Shown piece by piece: positions 1 through 13,190 of a DNA stretch of 64,000 nucleotides. The stretch spans positions 62,001 through 126,000 of the forward strand of contig ADNK01002208.1 of the NCBI GenBank assembly GCA_000320545.1, in the 5' to 3' direction. Positions within the stretch are counted from its first letter, which is position 1; each line of letters starts with the position of its first letter. Both the position numbers and the translations under genes were made by a program. This DNA comes from Bigelowiella natans CCMP2755 (Eukaryota; Protista; Cercozoa). The notes under the pieces were generated by a model that was not told the DNA's origin, ran no database searches, and saw nothing but the letters and a program-made list of their open reading frames with translations.

Positions 1-372
1 GCACTTAATGATATGAATAAGTAGTAAGTAGCAGTACGTACGTAGTCTGGAGTAAACCAGCACAGCTATAAGTCAAAATTGCCAATCAGTGTTGTACAAT
101 GCTTACAGTTATGCGATAGCAATTGCGTCGGTTTACGTTTATTATTCTCACGCATTGGTTGTCGGCGCTAGTGGCTCACCAGCGTATGTTATCTGCGCGT
201 TTTAATCATGGACAACTACTAATCCTGTGTATGGCGCAAATATAGGGGTCATGTAGGCATGCAGTAGGCTTCATTGAAAGACGCCTACAATACGATACGT
301 GTTGATACCTAAATCATGCGGTGCACCCGATTGTAGAGTATTTACAAAGATCGAATGCCTAGTGTATAATAG

Positions 373-682
373 TTACTTGCTTGGTTTCTTCGAAGGCTTC
401 TCCGGGATCTCATAAGAAAGCTGATCTTTTTCAGGAATAACAGCTGCGTTCCATTTTCGCATCTCGTCATCGGTCATCACTAGTAGTATCAACGGAAAAA
501 TCATAATACGCATTTGGATTATTTCATTCGTACCATTAACTCGCCGCTTGTCGTACCAGTACATTGCACCAAACCCTCCTGTTGCTATTATCTAGAAGAT
601 TATGTAAAGAACTTGAATTGGCTACAATGACATCGAATAAAATGAGTACCCAGGGTAATACATTCCGCGTGAATCCTGACAT
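373..682 (-). CDS. Small (~65 aa) single-TM protein of unknown function, 3 exons
   Basis: Manual splicing over two GT-AG introns gives MSGFTRNVLPW|IIATGGFGAMYWYDKRRVN|VMTDDEMRKWNAAVIPEKDQLSYEIPEKPSKKPSK*, with one short hydrophobic segment. Confidence 0.65.
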
Positions 683-1190
683 TGTCAAACTGCCCGGGAC
701 GGCAGTGATGTCTAAATAAAGTCAAAATTCTCTAACCCTCACGTCTAGATAGACAGAGCCGCAGCAAAGAAGTAATAGGTGTAGGGGAAGAGCAATCACA
801 CTCTCTACGTTGCCCTACCCGTTGCTGTAAGGCCTAATATGGGAAAAAAAAATACGATATATTTAGTTACTTATGATTTATATGGGATACGTCTTGGTGG
901 AAAAATGTATCCCTAGTCTCTGATTGAATCAATGGCATATTTTAGAAGTTCTTCTGGTAAATTATGGACGCAGAAAAAACGGACAAATTTTGAAAAAATC
1001 GCAACTGCTACTCGAAGGGGGAAAGGCATACATACCAGCACACACGCACGCAGCTTAGACCGAAGGGAAACTTTCCATCCCATATACTGAGCCCCGAGCT
1101 CCAGCTCCAAGACCCGACAGATATACAAGAGATACACAAGGAGTGTGGAATTCCTAGTCACATCCGCCATTCTGGGAACGTCAAAACAAT

Positions 1191-1248
1191 ATGCCTTCGT
1201 ACAGTCTTATGAAGATTTTGCTCTTAGGGGACAGCGGTAAAATGAACA

Positions 1249-1287
<39 letters not shown>

Positions 1288-2276
1288 ATTATCCAAGAAG
1301 CGAGGTGGACGATTGCAATTGATTCCTTAAGATTTCCGTATCGTGTACCTTAAAATCCCGGACAAGTCATAACTTACTGATTCTTCCAAAACAAAGGTGT
1401 CGGGAAGACCTGTCTAGCCCTTAGATTTGTGGGCGAAGCATTCCAAAAAAGTTTCAAAGTAACAGTTGGGTAATTATTTCCTGGACATTATCTATCTCAA
1501 CCACGTTCTGCAGGATATCAACATTCCTTCCCTATTATCACATTTTACTTGGTAGGATCGACTTTAAGGTGAAGGAGTTTGTGGTTGATGGGAAATCTGT
1601 GAAGGTGCAAATATGGGACACTGCAGGACAGGAGAGGTTTCGGAGTGTTGCCACCAGTAAGTGACTACTGATGCAGTGATTGGAACAACCATATCAGTTC
1701 TAATTCATACCGGCCATTTAGATTACTATCGAAAAGCAGCTGGCGTGGTCCTGGTTTACGATGTGAATAATCTGGAATCTTTCGAAAGTATGCATCAAAC
1801 TCCTACTCATAATTCAACGCCATCCTCCTAAGCTGCTATTTGTACCTAATTATTTGCAGATCTAAAGACATGGATGCATCTACTCAAGGAGCACACTGAT
1901 GAAGGGATCACCAAAATTCTAGTCGGCAACAAGCTCGACGTATCAGACGGAAAGAACGGCAAGCGAGCGGTAGATATCGCTATTTTCCGAATCGGCAACC
2001 TGACTAAAATTTGCATCTCAGGTATCCACTGCAATGGGCGCGGCTTTCGCCAAAGAACACGGTGTGAAGTTCTTGGAAACAAGCGCGAAGACAGACAACA
2101 ACGTAGAAAAAGCCATGATCGATCTCATACGCGACATACAAGTATCTGGAATTCAAGTTAGAGAAGTAGATAGATCCGAATGTAGGATCCATGTTCTCGG
2201 TGAATCAGAAAATGAAGACGATCAAGATGAGGAACACTCCCACGTGAAGAAATATTCTTGTTGCAGTAGCTCCTAG
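1191..2276 (+). CDS. Rab-family small GTPase (Rab1/Rab8-like), ~6 exons
   Basis: Spliced exons give [13 protein letters not shown] (P-loop), [31 protein letters not shown] and a C-terminal CCSSS prenylation motif. Confidence 0.95.
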
Positions 2277-2980
2277 GTGATAAGCGTTTGATGATTCTGC
2301 ATGAAGATATTTAATAGCAGTCGTGTGAAATCAGGAAATGGAAGCATATAATATTGTTCAAATAATGCATTGTACCGATACTAGCTTAGTTTAGAAATCA
2401 AATGTGCTCTGATTGTGTCGGGAACAAAATAATTTCAATGACATCAATAACGTCCTCCTGGCTATTTCCCAATATTATTATGTGCCGTATGCGTGTATGA
2501 AAGCTTCATACTAAAACAAAACTGATTTCGAATTAGCTATAGCGCCATACCCGATTAATCCACTATGCTAGTATACTAGTCTGTAGTGTACGATCTACAC
2601 GATGCTGGTAACGGCGCTGCATGCGCATGCTAGCATGGTGTACAACGCTATGGCAGCCATTGAGACACGCCTGTGCTGGGCTACTGCACTTCTCTAGGCG
2701 GCATCGCTGCATGAACACATGTTGGCGCATCATGGACTAAATGAACTGGTGGTACGCTCTGCATGCCCAGTTAGCAGTGCTAGAGTGGCCTACTTATACA
2801 ACGCTTTAGTACATATGCTGACGGTCTATTCGCTACAATATCAACTCAATGTAGCTAAGATGACTACTTAATCATTTTTAAAGCTTAATTTGCACGTGAT
2901 CACGCCGTAGATATAGATGCTACATAGTCCCCCAAACGGCATGTACGAGCTAGGCCTACGTGTTCTATCGATGTAGGTGC

Positions 2981-3861
2981 TCATTTACTGTTTTCAGATT
3001 TCATCTTCCTCTTGAGTTCCTCCATCATCGAATCTATTTCCCTTTCCTTTTCTTCTGCAAGTGTTTCTGGATCAACGTATTTCACTTCCTCTGAAATCGA
3101 ATATATCGGATGTTTTTTATCACCTTCACTGCTATTCATAAATTTAGGTAGCTTTCTTAATATATTCCTCTAGAAGGCATGCATGCGTGAACTAAATGCT
3201 AGTTTGCTGAGTATTTAACACATCTCGATAACCTTTTGGATAATATTTCTTGAGAGTCTTCGGATCAACTTTAATGTTCCGTATTATCTCATTCGCAGAT
3301 TGCGAGTTTTTGTCGTCTCCAAGTCCCTCTTCGAGAAAATCAAGCAAATCCACGACAAATTCTTCTCCCAGTGCTCCTGAGAATTGCCACAAATATCACT
3401 TTGAAATAATAATGGGAATTATATGTAACTCAAACCTAGTTCCTGCCAGAGACTCTGTGTGGTCCGATTTTTCTAAATAAATAGCAACTGTTAAAGGAAA
3501 ACCTTTATCGTGATCGGTAATCCTTTGCTCCTCATTACCTTCATTTGATCCCGAGCAAGGTCGAGCATAAAGTCGTTCATACCATAATTGTCTTCCTGAT
3601 CAAAGTTACGTTTTGGGTTTTTGACTCCTGGTGTCACAGATTGAAACTTGGCTTTGCCCTGTTCGATGTACTCCGTCCTTTTTTGGGGATTCCTCAATGT
3701 TTCATAAGCAAATTTTATCCTTGATTGATATAATTACCATTTTTAACAATTATGACAAAGTTTTGCATTTAAAATCATTTTTGAAACCTGCTAAAATGCT
3801 CGTGTGCATCGGAAGCGTTGTTGACGTCTGATATGAAGTGACATCCAATAATTAATCTTCG

Positions 3862-3944
<83 letters not shown>

Positions 3945-4805
3945 TATGTGTATGTGTCTTTGTGTTTGTGTTCAAGATATAGCATTAAATCCATAGTGTA
4001 TGTGAACATGAAAATGAGACATATAATATGAATCTATTCCGCACAGCACACATGTCTTTTCAAGACGACGGACCTGGGTGATATTTCAGGGCCATTTTTC
4101 GAAAAGCTACTTTGAGTTCGTCTTCAGGAGTGTTGTGACCTTTGAAAGATGCGATTGAACCGACTTGTTAAATGATATGATTTTGTTATCAATTTCACAA
4201 TAACTACTCCTTCTCTATAATGTCTACTACTGCTACTGATACTTCTGCTTCTGCTACTTTCACTCATCCCACTACTACTCTGCTAATGTACTATTTTACT
4301 TCTACTTCTATTTTCACCTATCTCCAAGGTCTTGTAGAGATCTGCAAAGAAGAATCGAATCAACAAGAAGCTCTAGGAAAGAACGAGACTTACCCATTAG
4401 GATGTCATCCTCAATTCTCCGGGAGAAAGAAATCAACCTGGAATTTTGTCGAGGATTCCTGCTAAGAAAAAGAGAACGCACATTAAAAGACATTATCACA
4501 CATCTTTCACCAACGGTTGGGTTTCGATCTAACCTGAGCACTCGTTGAGACCTCGGGAACGAACTGAATTTAAGCCTTAGCAAGTGATTGACCCGCATTA
4601 TACGAGGTGGATTCGCAGAAGCAAAAACCATGGTGAGGATGAAAGGCACCAGAGTTCGTCGAGACATGGTCCTCTCGAGGACGTGCTTTCCCCTCCACGT
4701 GGAAGTTCCAGAGTTCCTCGTGTCGGATGAGGAGAGGAGGGTCGGAGGGATAGACGATTCTTCGATAAATGCAGGCCTTTTTGTCCCTGAGTCATTCGAA
4801 ATCAT
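2981..4805 (-). CDS. J-domain (DnaJ type C) protein, probably organelle-targeted, multi-exon
   Basis: Spliced J domain DLYKTLEIGHNTPEDELKVAFRKMALKYHPDVNNASDAHEHFSRIKFAYETLRNPQKRTEY, with HPD split by an intron. C-terminal exons LGEEFVVDLLDFLEE and EIDSMMEELKRKM. Start codon uncertain. Confidence 0.85.
3866..3940. repeat. Compound (CA)n(TA)n intronic microsatellite, representative of dozens of SSRs in the window
   Basis: Direct reading. Similar (AG)n, (CA)n, (TA)n, (CAT)n, (TAG)n, (GAA)n and (GAG)n tracts fill introns at 25-30 kb, 34-44 kb and 51-64 kb. Confidence 0.95.
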
Positions 4806-5030
4806 GCCATCTTAGATTAGAAGTCGCGATGGCAATTTCTAAGGTGATTCCCCTTTAAACGCAGCGTGGTATGAACGTGGGGATTTTATCCCTGTGCCGG
4901 TCCGTCGTAAATGGCATGTATTTAATATGGACGACATGTGATTCACGATGCCGTTGCAGTTTTGTTGCGGAGTCCTCGCACCTGGCGGCTCAAAGCAGAA
5001 CAGCCTCCTATTCCAAGTGTGGTACGAGCA
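4806..5030. promoter_or_regulatory. Putative compact bidirectional promoter (DnaJ / bL25)
   Basis: The divergent start codons are only ~225 bp apart. Inferred from geometry; no motif identified. Confidence 0.4.
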
Positions 5031-6228
5031 ATGGCGTCGGCTCTCCGCACTGCCATACGTGTGTGTGGTGGCGTCCGCCAAGTCACCATAGGCCAGAGGA
5101 GCCTTAGGTTTGATCTGACGAGAATTCGGGGATCTAGATTCTCGAAGCCAGCGAGCCTTTGGAAGTCCTTCTCCACTCAGACGAATCCATCTGAGGAGGC
5201 AAAAGATGATGAGAGGGAACCCTGGATGTTCATTGATGAGAGAATTAAGCCAAAATCGAGACCAGTTGGAGATCTTGTTCAGCAAGAGTGGCCCGCAGAG
5301 GAGGAAGCCGAAAGGGAATTCGTCGGTGAATTCATGAGGAGCAGCAAGGATTTCATCCAGGAGCAAGAGAAGCTTAAAGCTGTTAAGCCAGAATTTTACG
5401 CTAAGATCCGTCACGAGGAACAGATGAACAAGCATGAGAGCAAACGTTTGAGGGATGAAGGAAAGGTGAAGCATTTATTTTGCAAAGTCTCAACGATTTT
5501 AAGAGAGAGCTAATGAATTTAAAATAAAAACGTATTTTTTTAATTCACACTTGCGGCACTCTTATATGTTTTGGTGCGGTGAAGGGGGGATGGGGCTCGA
5601 TGGTTTTCTATTTCCAAATTTCCTTGTGGATTTTAACAATGTGGTTTTGTACCCTTAGCTGCCATGTCTCATCTACGGCCGGACCAAAAATCACCGATAT
5701 AAGCCTCTCCCTATAGCTCTTGAAGAGAGGCAAATTTTGAAACAAATGAAGCACCACGGACCCAGTTTCTTCGGTAAAATACCTATTCTCATGTTCAAAC
5801 CCATAATCCTATTACTGACTTAGATGTGTGCAGTCACAATATTTCGGATCAATATCGAAGGAAGGAAAGAAGGAATCTTAGTGAAGCCTCAGCAGATCCA
5901 GTACCACCCTGTTACACGAAAATTCGAATCATTGACCTTTGTGCGATGGTCTCCTGGAAAAAAAACTCGAGTTATTCTGCCAGTGCAAGTAATAGGTCAG
6001 AGGGATTGCATCGGAGTTAAAAATGGAGGGGCCATTATCCGTCCTGTAAAAGGAGTGAAATGTGTCTACGATGGCCCAGGCCCTTTACCGCGTGTCTTTA
6101 AATTAAACGTTCAGTCCTGGGGAGTCGGACACAAGTTCTACGTCAAGGACCTAGTGATGCCGGAACACACCAGGTTGAGACGGCCTGAAGTTGCTCATAC
6201 CCAGGTCCTGGTTTCCATCATAAAATAG
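5031..6228 (+). CDS. Ribosomal protein bL25 (CTC/TL5-type), likely mitochondrial
   Basis: SKRLRDEGK|LPCLIYG, VKPQQIQYHPVT and LPVQVIGQRDCIGVKNGG match the N- and C-domains of bL25/CTC. Arg/Ser-rich presequence MASALRTAIRVCGGVRQ. Confidence 0.88.
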
Positions 6229-6309
6229 CAGATGAGAAAAGAGTGCCATTCGTAAGCAGAAATGTTTTTTCCCTAGTACATTCATGCATGGCTCTATCAA
6301 AGCTATCAA

Positions 6310-6430
6310 TTAATTGAATCATACTATTCACACTATGACCACCGCGTATCATGATTGCTATATTGACTAGTTGAATCATACTATCTAGCTATGCACATGC
6401 ATGCACTATGCTAGTATGACCACCGCGTAT
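6310..6430. repeat. Local tandem duplication; the second copy carries three CTAG+4-bp-duplication insertions
   Basis: Copy A ttgaatcatactat..cactatgaccaccgcgtat versus copy B with ctagttga, ctagctat and ctagtatg inserted. Confidence 0.85.
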
Positions 6431-6789
6431 AAAATATTACTGTCATAATTTATTGGCCGCGAGTCGCGCGCGCAAATGTGCTACAATACAAGCGACACCA
6501 CTAGTCACTGCGCCCTGGCTAGAAGACTGTGTGCAATATTGCCATATATATCTCATATTGCATCATGTCTATCATCCGTACACCCATTTGTGGCGGCGAC
6601 GCAAGCACATTCTTAGCATGATCGACAAATCACAATTGTCGGTGTGTTATGGTGTTATGGTCACATAGCCACATCTAGGTATCTAGACGTTGCATTTCCA
6701 TCTTATGATGGACGCTAGTATTCGATCCGAAACAATTCCTAAAGCTACACAAGTTACGACGTGTACGTGTTACAGATATAAATTTCAAT

Positions 6790-9163
6790 CTAGCCAAATA
6801 AGTCATCATCGTCGTCGTCGTCACCAAACAATGACGACACAGTTGGAGCTGCCTTCTTAGTCGTAGTAGATGGTTTTTTGGCAAATAGGTCGTCTTCGTC
6901 ATCATCGCTGTCGCCGAAAAGACTAACTGAGGCAGCAGCAGCCGGTTTAGAAGATGACGATGCTGCTGATGGCGGCTTGTCATCTTTCTTCGTCGTCACC
7001 GATTTTGTACTATTTTTTTTGGAAAAGAGATCATCATCGTCGTCGTCGTCAACCATTTTCGCCGGTTTCTTCTCTACTTTTGACTTCGGCTTAGAAGAGA
7101 AGAGGTCGTCATCGTCGTCGTCGTCATCTCCGAATAAGGACACACTCTGTGTCTTCAATTCAGGACGTTGCTGCTGCTGCTGCTGCTCTTCTTGTTTGTT
7201 GTTGCTTGGAGTAGGAGCAGGGTCCTTTTTTTGCTCACGTGCTACCGTCTCTGCAATTATTATTCCAAACACAAACGATTTAAAAGCCTGTTGGGTGAAG
7301 AAAGTGGCTGCTTGACACAACCACGGCAGAAGTCGACAGCAATGCGCTCCTCTTTCATAAAATGATGATAATGATGATAAAATGATGATAATGATGATAC
7401 AGTTTCGAGCGATCTGTGCACATATCTTTATTGTCACATACCTGTAGCATCAACGTTTTGTTCGTTTTGCAATGGATCTGCAGCCACAGCGGAACTCTTT
7501 CCCTCCTCCTCCTCATCCTCCTCCTGCTCCCCCGAGGCTGCACTGTTGAAAGGATCTTCTCCAGCAAAGAGGTCATCTACAGGGGCCAACTTCTCTCGTG
7601 TGTTAGTCTTCAGAGCCTCCTCCGCGGCCTTCTTGGCTTTCTCCTCCTCCAGATTCTGCTGCTTCTGGGCTGTCGTAGTCGCAGGATCCCCGCTGCTTTC
7701 CGGTTTGAGCGAGATGACACCAGACTGGAAGCGCTTCTTTCTGGTCCGCCTTCTCCTGCCAGCAATTTTTGCTCGAGACATGTTTGCGTGCTCGATCACT
7801 TGCTCTGTTGGCTTCTTCTTCTCGTCGTCCTCCTCCTGCTGCTTCTCCCCTTGTGCTGGCTTCACGTCGCTGCTATTATTGCTTTCGCTCGAGGTACTAC
7901 GCCGTAGCCCAGGAGGCTTCCCTCCCATCATCGGATTAAAGTTTCCAAGCTTGCCTGCCAGAGCAGAGATCTGTGAAGATTTCTTCTTTCGCTTCCCTTT
8001 CATCTGCGGGGATTTCTTGCTGGTCGTAGTAACGGGCGAAGTAGTTGTTTCCTTTGCCGTGGGTTCTGTCTCTTTCTCCTTCTTCTTCTTGGCTTCTTCT
8101 TCTTCTTTATCCTTTTCCTTCTTCGCTTCATTCTCCTTCCTCTTCCTCTCTTCCTCCTTCTTCCTCTCTTCCTCCTTCTTCCTCTCTTCCTCCTTCTTCC
8201 TCTCTTCCTCCTCCTTCTGCTTTTGTGCTACCGCTGCTGCTGCCGCCGCCGCCGCGGCCGCCTCCTGTGCCTTCTTTGATTCCTCCTCCTTTTTCGCGGC
8301 GGCGGCGGCGGCGGCTGCTGCTGCTGCTGCTGCTGCTTTCTCCTGCTTAGCAGCATTTGCTGATGAGATGGCCGCTAAAGGATCTTCATCCCCAAATAAG
8401 TCGTCGTCATCGTCGTCATCATTCACTGGGCTTGATGTTGCTGGTACTCTCCCCGCTGGCTGCTGCCCTGCTGCTGCAGGTGCTACGCTTTTCGTCGTTG
8501 CCACCGATGCAGCCGCATTGTCTCCAAACAAGTCGTCATCGTCGTCGCCAAAAAGATCATCGTCGTCGTCGTCATGTGCTGTTGTAGCGGCCGGTTTTGG
8601 AGCAGACTTAGATGGCTGTGCTGTTGCCGTCTTTGGGGAGTCAGCCCCAAATAAGTCGTCGTCATCCTTGAAGAATACATGACAGGTTGTTCACATGCCA
8701 TCAGTACAGCATTATATCTTGCTCTTTCTTTTTTTTTTTTTTTAATCATTTTCATCATATCATCATCATGAACGTAATCTACCGATCTACCCACCAAGCC
8801 TTGGACAGCAACAAGTTTGAAGACATGGTCGTCGTTATCATCATCATCATCACCATCATCATCATCACATAACTTACATCGTCTCCGAAGAGATTCTCCT
8901 CGTCAACAACAGGCCGCGGTTCTGCGGTGGCGGGCTTTGCTTTCACTTCAGGCTTATCGTTATCCAAATACTGAGTAAAACCAGCTTTGCCAAACTTCTT
9001 GCTGATCCTTAGCTTCCCTGTTGGTTGACAAGAACGCATCAGCAACAAGTGATACGGTGATGATGATATTGCGGATAATGATGATGAAAATGGTAATGAC
9101 GATGATGATGGTAGGCAGTGAAGGGAAAAGGGAGCCGGGGAGGGAGAGGGAGAGGGAAGGGGG

Positions 9164-9204
<41 letters not shown>

Positions 9205-12200
9205 CCCATTCCTGGAAGCACTGCGGCATCTTTAGGCACAACAGGGTGTTCATCCTTCTTCGGACTGTTGCTTTCAAACAAATCGTCGTCTTCGTCGGCG
9301 TCAAATAGGCCTTGATTAGCTTTCTTCGGTGCTGTAGCAGCATTCTTTGCTTTCTTTTTCTTTTCAGCCGCTTCTGCTGCTATCCGTGCCTGCTTTTGGT
9401 TCTCGAGGCTTTGATGACAGAGCGAGGGAGATATGATAGAGCGATTGTAGAGGGGAGAAAGGGACATGATGTCAGTACTTTTGATTTGTCATTATGAAAC
9501 GCAATTTTAGAAGGTGGCAATATATACATGCATGGGTTCACTTAATTACGCTTTCATTTTCGCCTCCAACGAAGCTTCTTCCGCATTCAAAACGTCCGAA
9601 CGTCTCTGTGTAGTGCTGCTTGTCGCAGTAGCCGCCGCCTTTGCCTTTGAAGTGGACGACGCTCCAAAGAGATCGTCTTCATCGTCATCGTCGTCGCCAA
9701 ACAAGCTCTTGCTGGCTGCCGCTGCTTTTACTGCTAGATCGGTTTATTAAGAACAAAAAAGTGATGAGTGAAAAATAGCAAACAAGCGTAGTAATGAATG
9801 CGAGTTGTGTGTGTACGGTATGTGTTTACATAAGATATATATATATTCTTTGTATTTCTAATATTTACATGTATGGATATAATTTGCTCTTATGACTACA
9901 GTCAGTCTCTCCGGTCCTCCAATACCTTTGGTATTCGGTTGTTGTTTCTTCTTCCCCCCCCCTCCTCCGAAAAGATCATCGTCGTCGTCGTCATCGTCAT
10001 CGCCGAAAAGACTGCCGCCTCCTCCACCTCCGAGAAGGGGATCCTTTTTCGCAGAGCTAGTCTTCTCTGATGCCTTTTTGCCGCCACCAGCAGTAGCAGC
10101 CGTAGTTCCTCCTACTCCTCCTCTTCCTCCAGGCAACATCGCAGCTGGATTTATGGCGATCTTCTTCTGCAGGCTAGCAATCTTACCAGGCGCTGTTGCT
10201 GCTGACTTAGATTTTTTGACTTCGGTCTTCTTCTTAGTAGTAGTGCCGAAGAGGTCGTCGTCGTCGTCGTCGTCGTCGTCTCCAAACAAGCCACCGCCAC
10301 TAGCAATCGGTTTTGCCGCTGTCACCTTCGTTTTCGACTTGGATTTGGCAGCTGGGGACTTCGGCTTAGTTTTACTACTCGAAGCACCGAAAAGGTCATC
10401 GTCATCATCATCATCATCATCGCCGCCAAAGAGTGAGCTTGCAGGTTTGGCTGCTGCTGGTTTAGCTGCGGTTGTTGATGATGAAGACGGTTTTTTAGGT
10501 TTGGAGGATCCGAACAGATCATCATCATCGTCGTCATCATCGTCGCCAAACAGACCTGAAGAAGAAGCTGCAGCAGCAGGTTTTGGTGAAGGTTTGCTGC
10601 TGGCTGCAGGGGCGGGAGATCTCTTCGTTGCTTTAGCACCTAGTAAGTCGTCGTCGTCGTCGTCATCCCCAAATAGACCCCCCCCTCCACCAATACCGAC
10701 GCCAACTTTTCTTGGTGCTGCTGCTGGTTTCGGTTTCGCTGACTTCCTTCCACCCCCTCCAAACAAGTCGTCATCGTCGTCGTCATCATCATCTCCGAAG
10801 AGTGAATCACTACTTACAGGAGCTTTCTTCTTCTTCCCTGCTACTGCTGCTGCTTTTTTGGCTTGTTTTTTGGAAGAGGAGTTGCTTCCTCCGCCACCGA
10901 AGAGGTCATCATCGTCGTCATCGTCGTCATCACCGAAGAGAGCACTCTCATTAGCACTTGGCTTAGAAGGAGCAAACATGTCATTACTGCTTTTCTCCCC
11001 TCTTCCAGCTTTAGTCCTTTGTTTCGTCTCTTTCTTCTTCTCTTTCTTCGTGTTTGTGGAGGAAGAGGCCTTACTATCGTCAAACAAATCGTCGTCGCCT
11101 TCACCGGGTTCATCATCATCATCATCGTCGTCGTCGTCGCCACCAGCGCCAAATAGATTTTCGCTGTCTCCTCCGAACAGCATGCTTCCTTTCCGCCCTG
11201 GCTTCGCCTTACCAGACCCCCCTCCGCCGAAAAACCCTCCCCCCCCTCCTCCTCCAAATAGATCATCGTCGTCGTCGTCGCCTCCGAACATCATATCTTC
11301 GTCATCAGGCTGTGCAACAGGCAAAAATACGCTCAAGGGACTAATAGGTAAAACAGGTCCGAAAGAAACAATCATCCCCATCCACCGCTGCGAAACGCCG
11401 CTTCCTAGCTAGAATATAATATGATCGATGATGAAGCCTGTGCGAAAGGGCTCTTTGAGTGCGCTGATCACTCACAAAGCCCCTGTGTTGTCGTCGTCGT
11501 CAAAGCTATCTATATTTTATCATTGTTTTCTTATCTAAACATGACCAGTGTTCGATCATAACGCTTCCTGATTTTGGGTAAATGCTACAGATTAATACCT
11601 TCGTTGAGGAATGCTTTGCTTCCTGTGGCGAAGCTGTAGCATGCGAATTCTTCCTGCTGCTCCTCTTGCTCTTCTTTTTCTTCTTTTTACCTTTCGTCGC
11701 AATTGAGCCGGTTCGTGACCTACCTGCCGGCTGGGGAGGGCCTCCTCCTGTGAGAGCGGCAGCTAACTTTGATCGCAAGTCTGCCCCACCCATGGGTGGT
11801 GCTGCTGCGGCTGCCCGTGAACTTCTCCGAGATGTGCGACGGGAGGACTTGGCGGAAGGTTTCACAGATGCTGCTCCATCCCCGCCACCACTCTCTCCAA
11901 AAACGTCCTCATCGTCTTCGTCAAAATCGTCGTCGTCGTCGTCGTCTTGTGCACCCAATCCTGGAGGAAGGCTCCCTGGTGTGCCGGGGTGAATTGGAGG
12001 GCGCGGTGGCTTTGAAGCAGCACCAGATCCGCCCTCTCCAAACACATCGCTATCATCATCTTCGTCCTCGTCCTCGTCGCTGCTGTAGTCGCCGCCAGGA
12101 GGAGCTCCTCCTCCCCCCATACCAGGGGGTGGAAGTAGGCCGGACGGTGGAGCTGGTATACCTGGTCAGTTGAGACAAACACATTATGGGTGATGATGAC

Positions 12201-13190
12201 GATGATGATGATGTCGTATCATCTAAATGTCGCCTTACCAGCAGGTGGTGGAGGGATGCCACCCTGGGCAGCTGGTTCCCCCTCTTCGTCATCCTCATCT
12301 TCCTCACTGCTCGAGGAATCCTCATCGGAGTCATCCGAGCTATCACTTTCATCTGATTTTTCTCCTTCTTGCTCGTCGCCGTGCTTCAGCTTCTCTTCCT
12401 CTTCTGGGCTCTGCCCATACGGTGCTGGCAAGCCAACGAACTCACTATCGAGGAACGCCCGGGTGCCGATCACGAAGGGAAGTGGCTTTTTATTGTACAG
12501 GTCCCTAGGGGCTGTCGTCTTCCCCTCTGCTGTGGCTGGTGAATCTTCCTCTTCTGAAGCAGCAGGAGGCGTATACATACTCAGAGCTCCCATTCCCGAT
12601 GACAGGGCTTCTTTGAACCTCGTCACCATATCCTTTTCCTCACGCTTCGGGACACTAGCTCTCTTCGATTCGTCCTCCTCCTCATCGTCGTAGACTCTAT
12701 TCTCGATAAATTGTGACTGGCTTAGCATGAGGAACTGATTGAAAGTGTTTCGAAGTTTGAGATCAGCGGCCCCGGCCGAAAAAGTTAAGTCCTCCAGATC
12801 ATCATTTAGCGTCCGCGTTTTGGTCATCACACGTTGAGAAAATTCTCGTAGAGAATCCAGAAGCTGATATAAAATGATTGTTTTAGGCATAATTCCTTTG
12901 CAGAACCAACTCAATACTTTAAAATAGAATAGGGGAAGACTATGTACACTTGTATCATATATTCACGTCCTCACTCCATTAGATCATAACGTGCAACTTC
13001 TATTTGCACGTACGTAGATGTGTTAAGAAAGTATGAACACAGTTTTTTTTATCGTTTAATGGATCATCTCGCAACGTGCGTTTGCAATCTCCAGCGGAGC
13101 AACAAGTCTCACCGCGTTGTCATGGCTTAAGTTCCATTTTCGAACTTGGCCCCTCAGAGAATTGAGGTTGGCCCCGCCTTTCCCTTCCAT
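6790..13190 (-). CDS. WASHC2: WASH complex subunit FAM21/WASHC2 homologue, multi-exon
   Basis: Head domain WNLSHDNA|LLDSLREFS...LRNTFNQFLMLSQSQFIENRVYD. Dozens of LF-acidic (DDDDLF/LFGDDD) motifs, an IAINPAAMLPG motif and a capping-protein-interaction-like IEHANMSRAKIAGRRR. Confidence 0.92.

Noticed and set aside
9858-11381. Regularly spaced tcgtcgtcatc repeats resembling a CRISPR-like array
   Set aside because: These are codons for the DDDDLF motifs of FAM21; eukaryotic context and no cas genes.
7546-11412. Long + strand ORFs (378 aa and 506 aa)
   Set aside because: Antisense shadows of the low-complexity FAM21 exons (poly-Ser/Phe).
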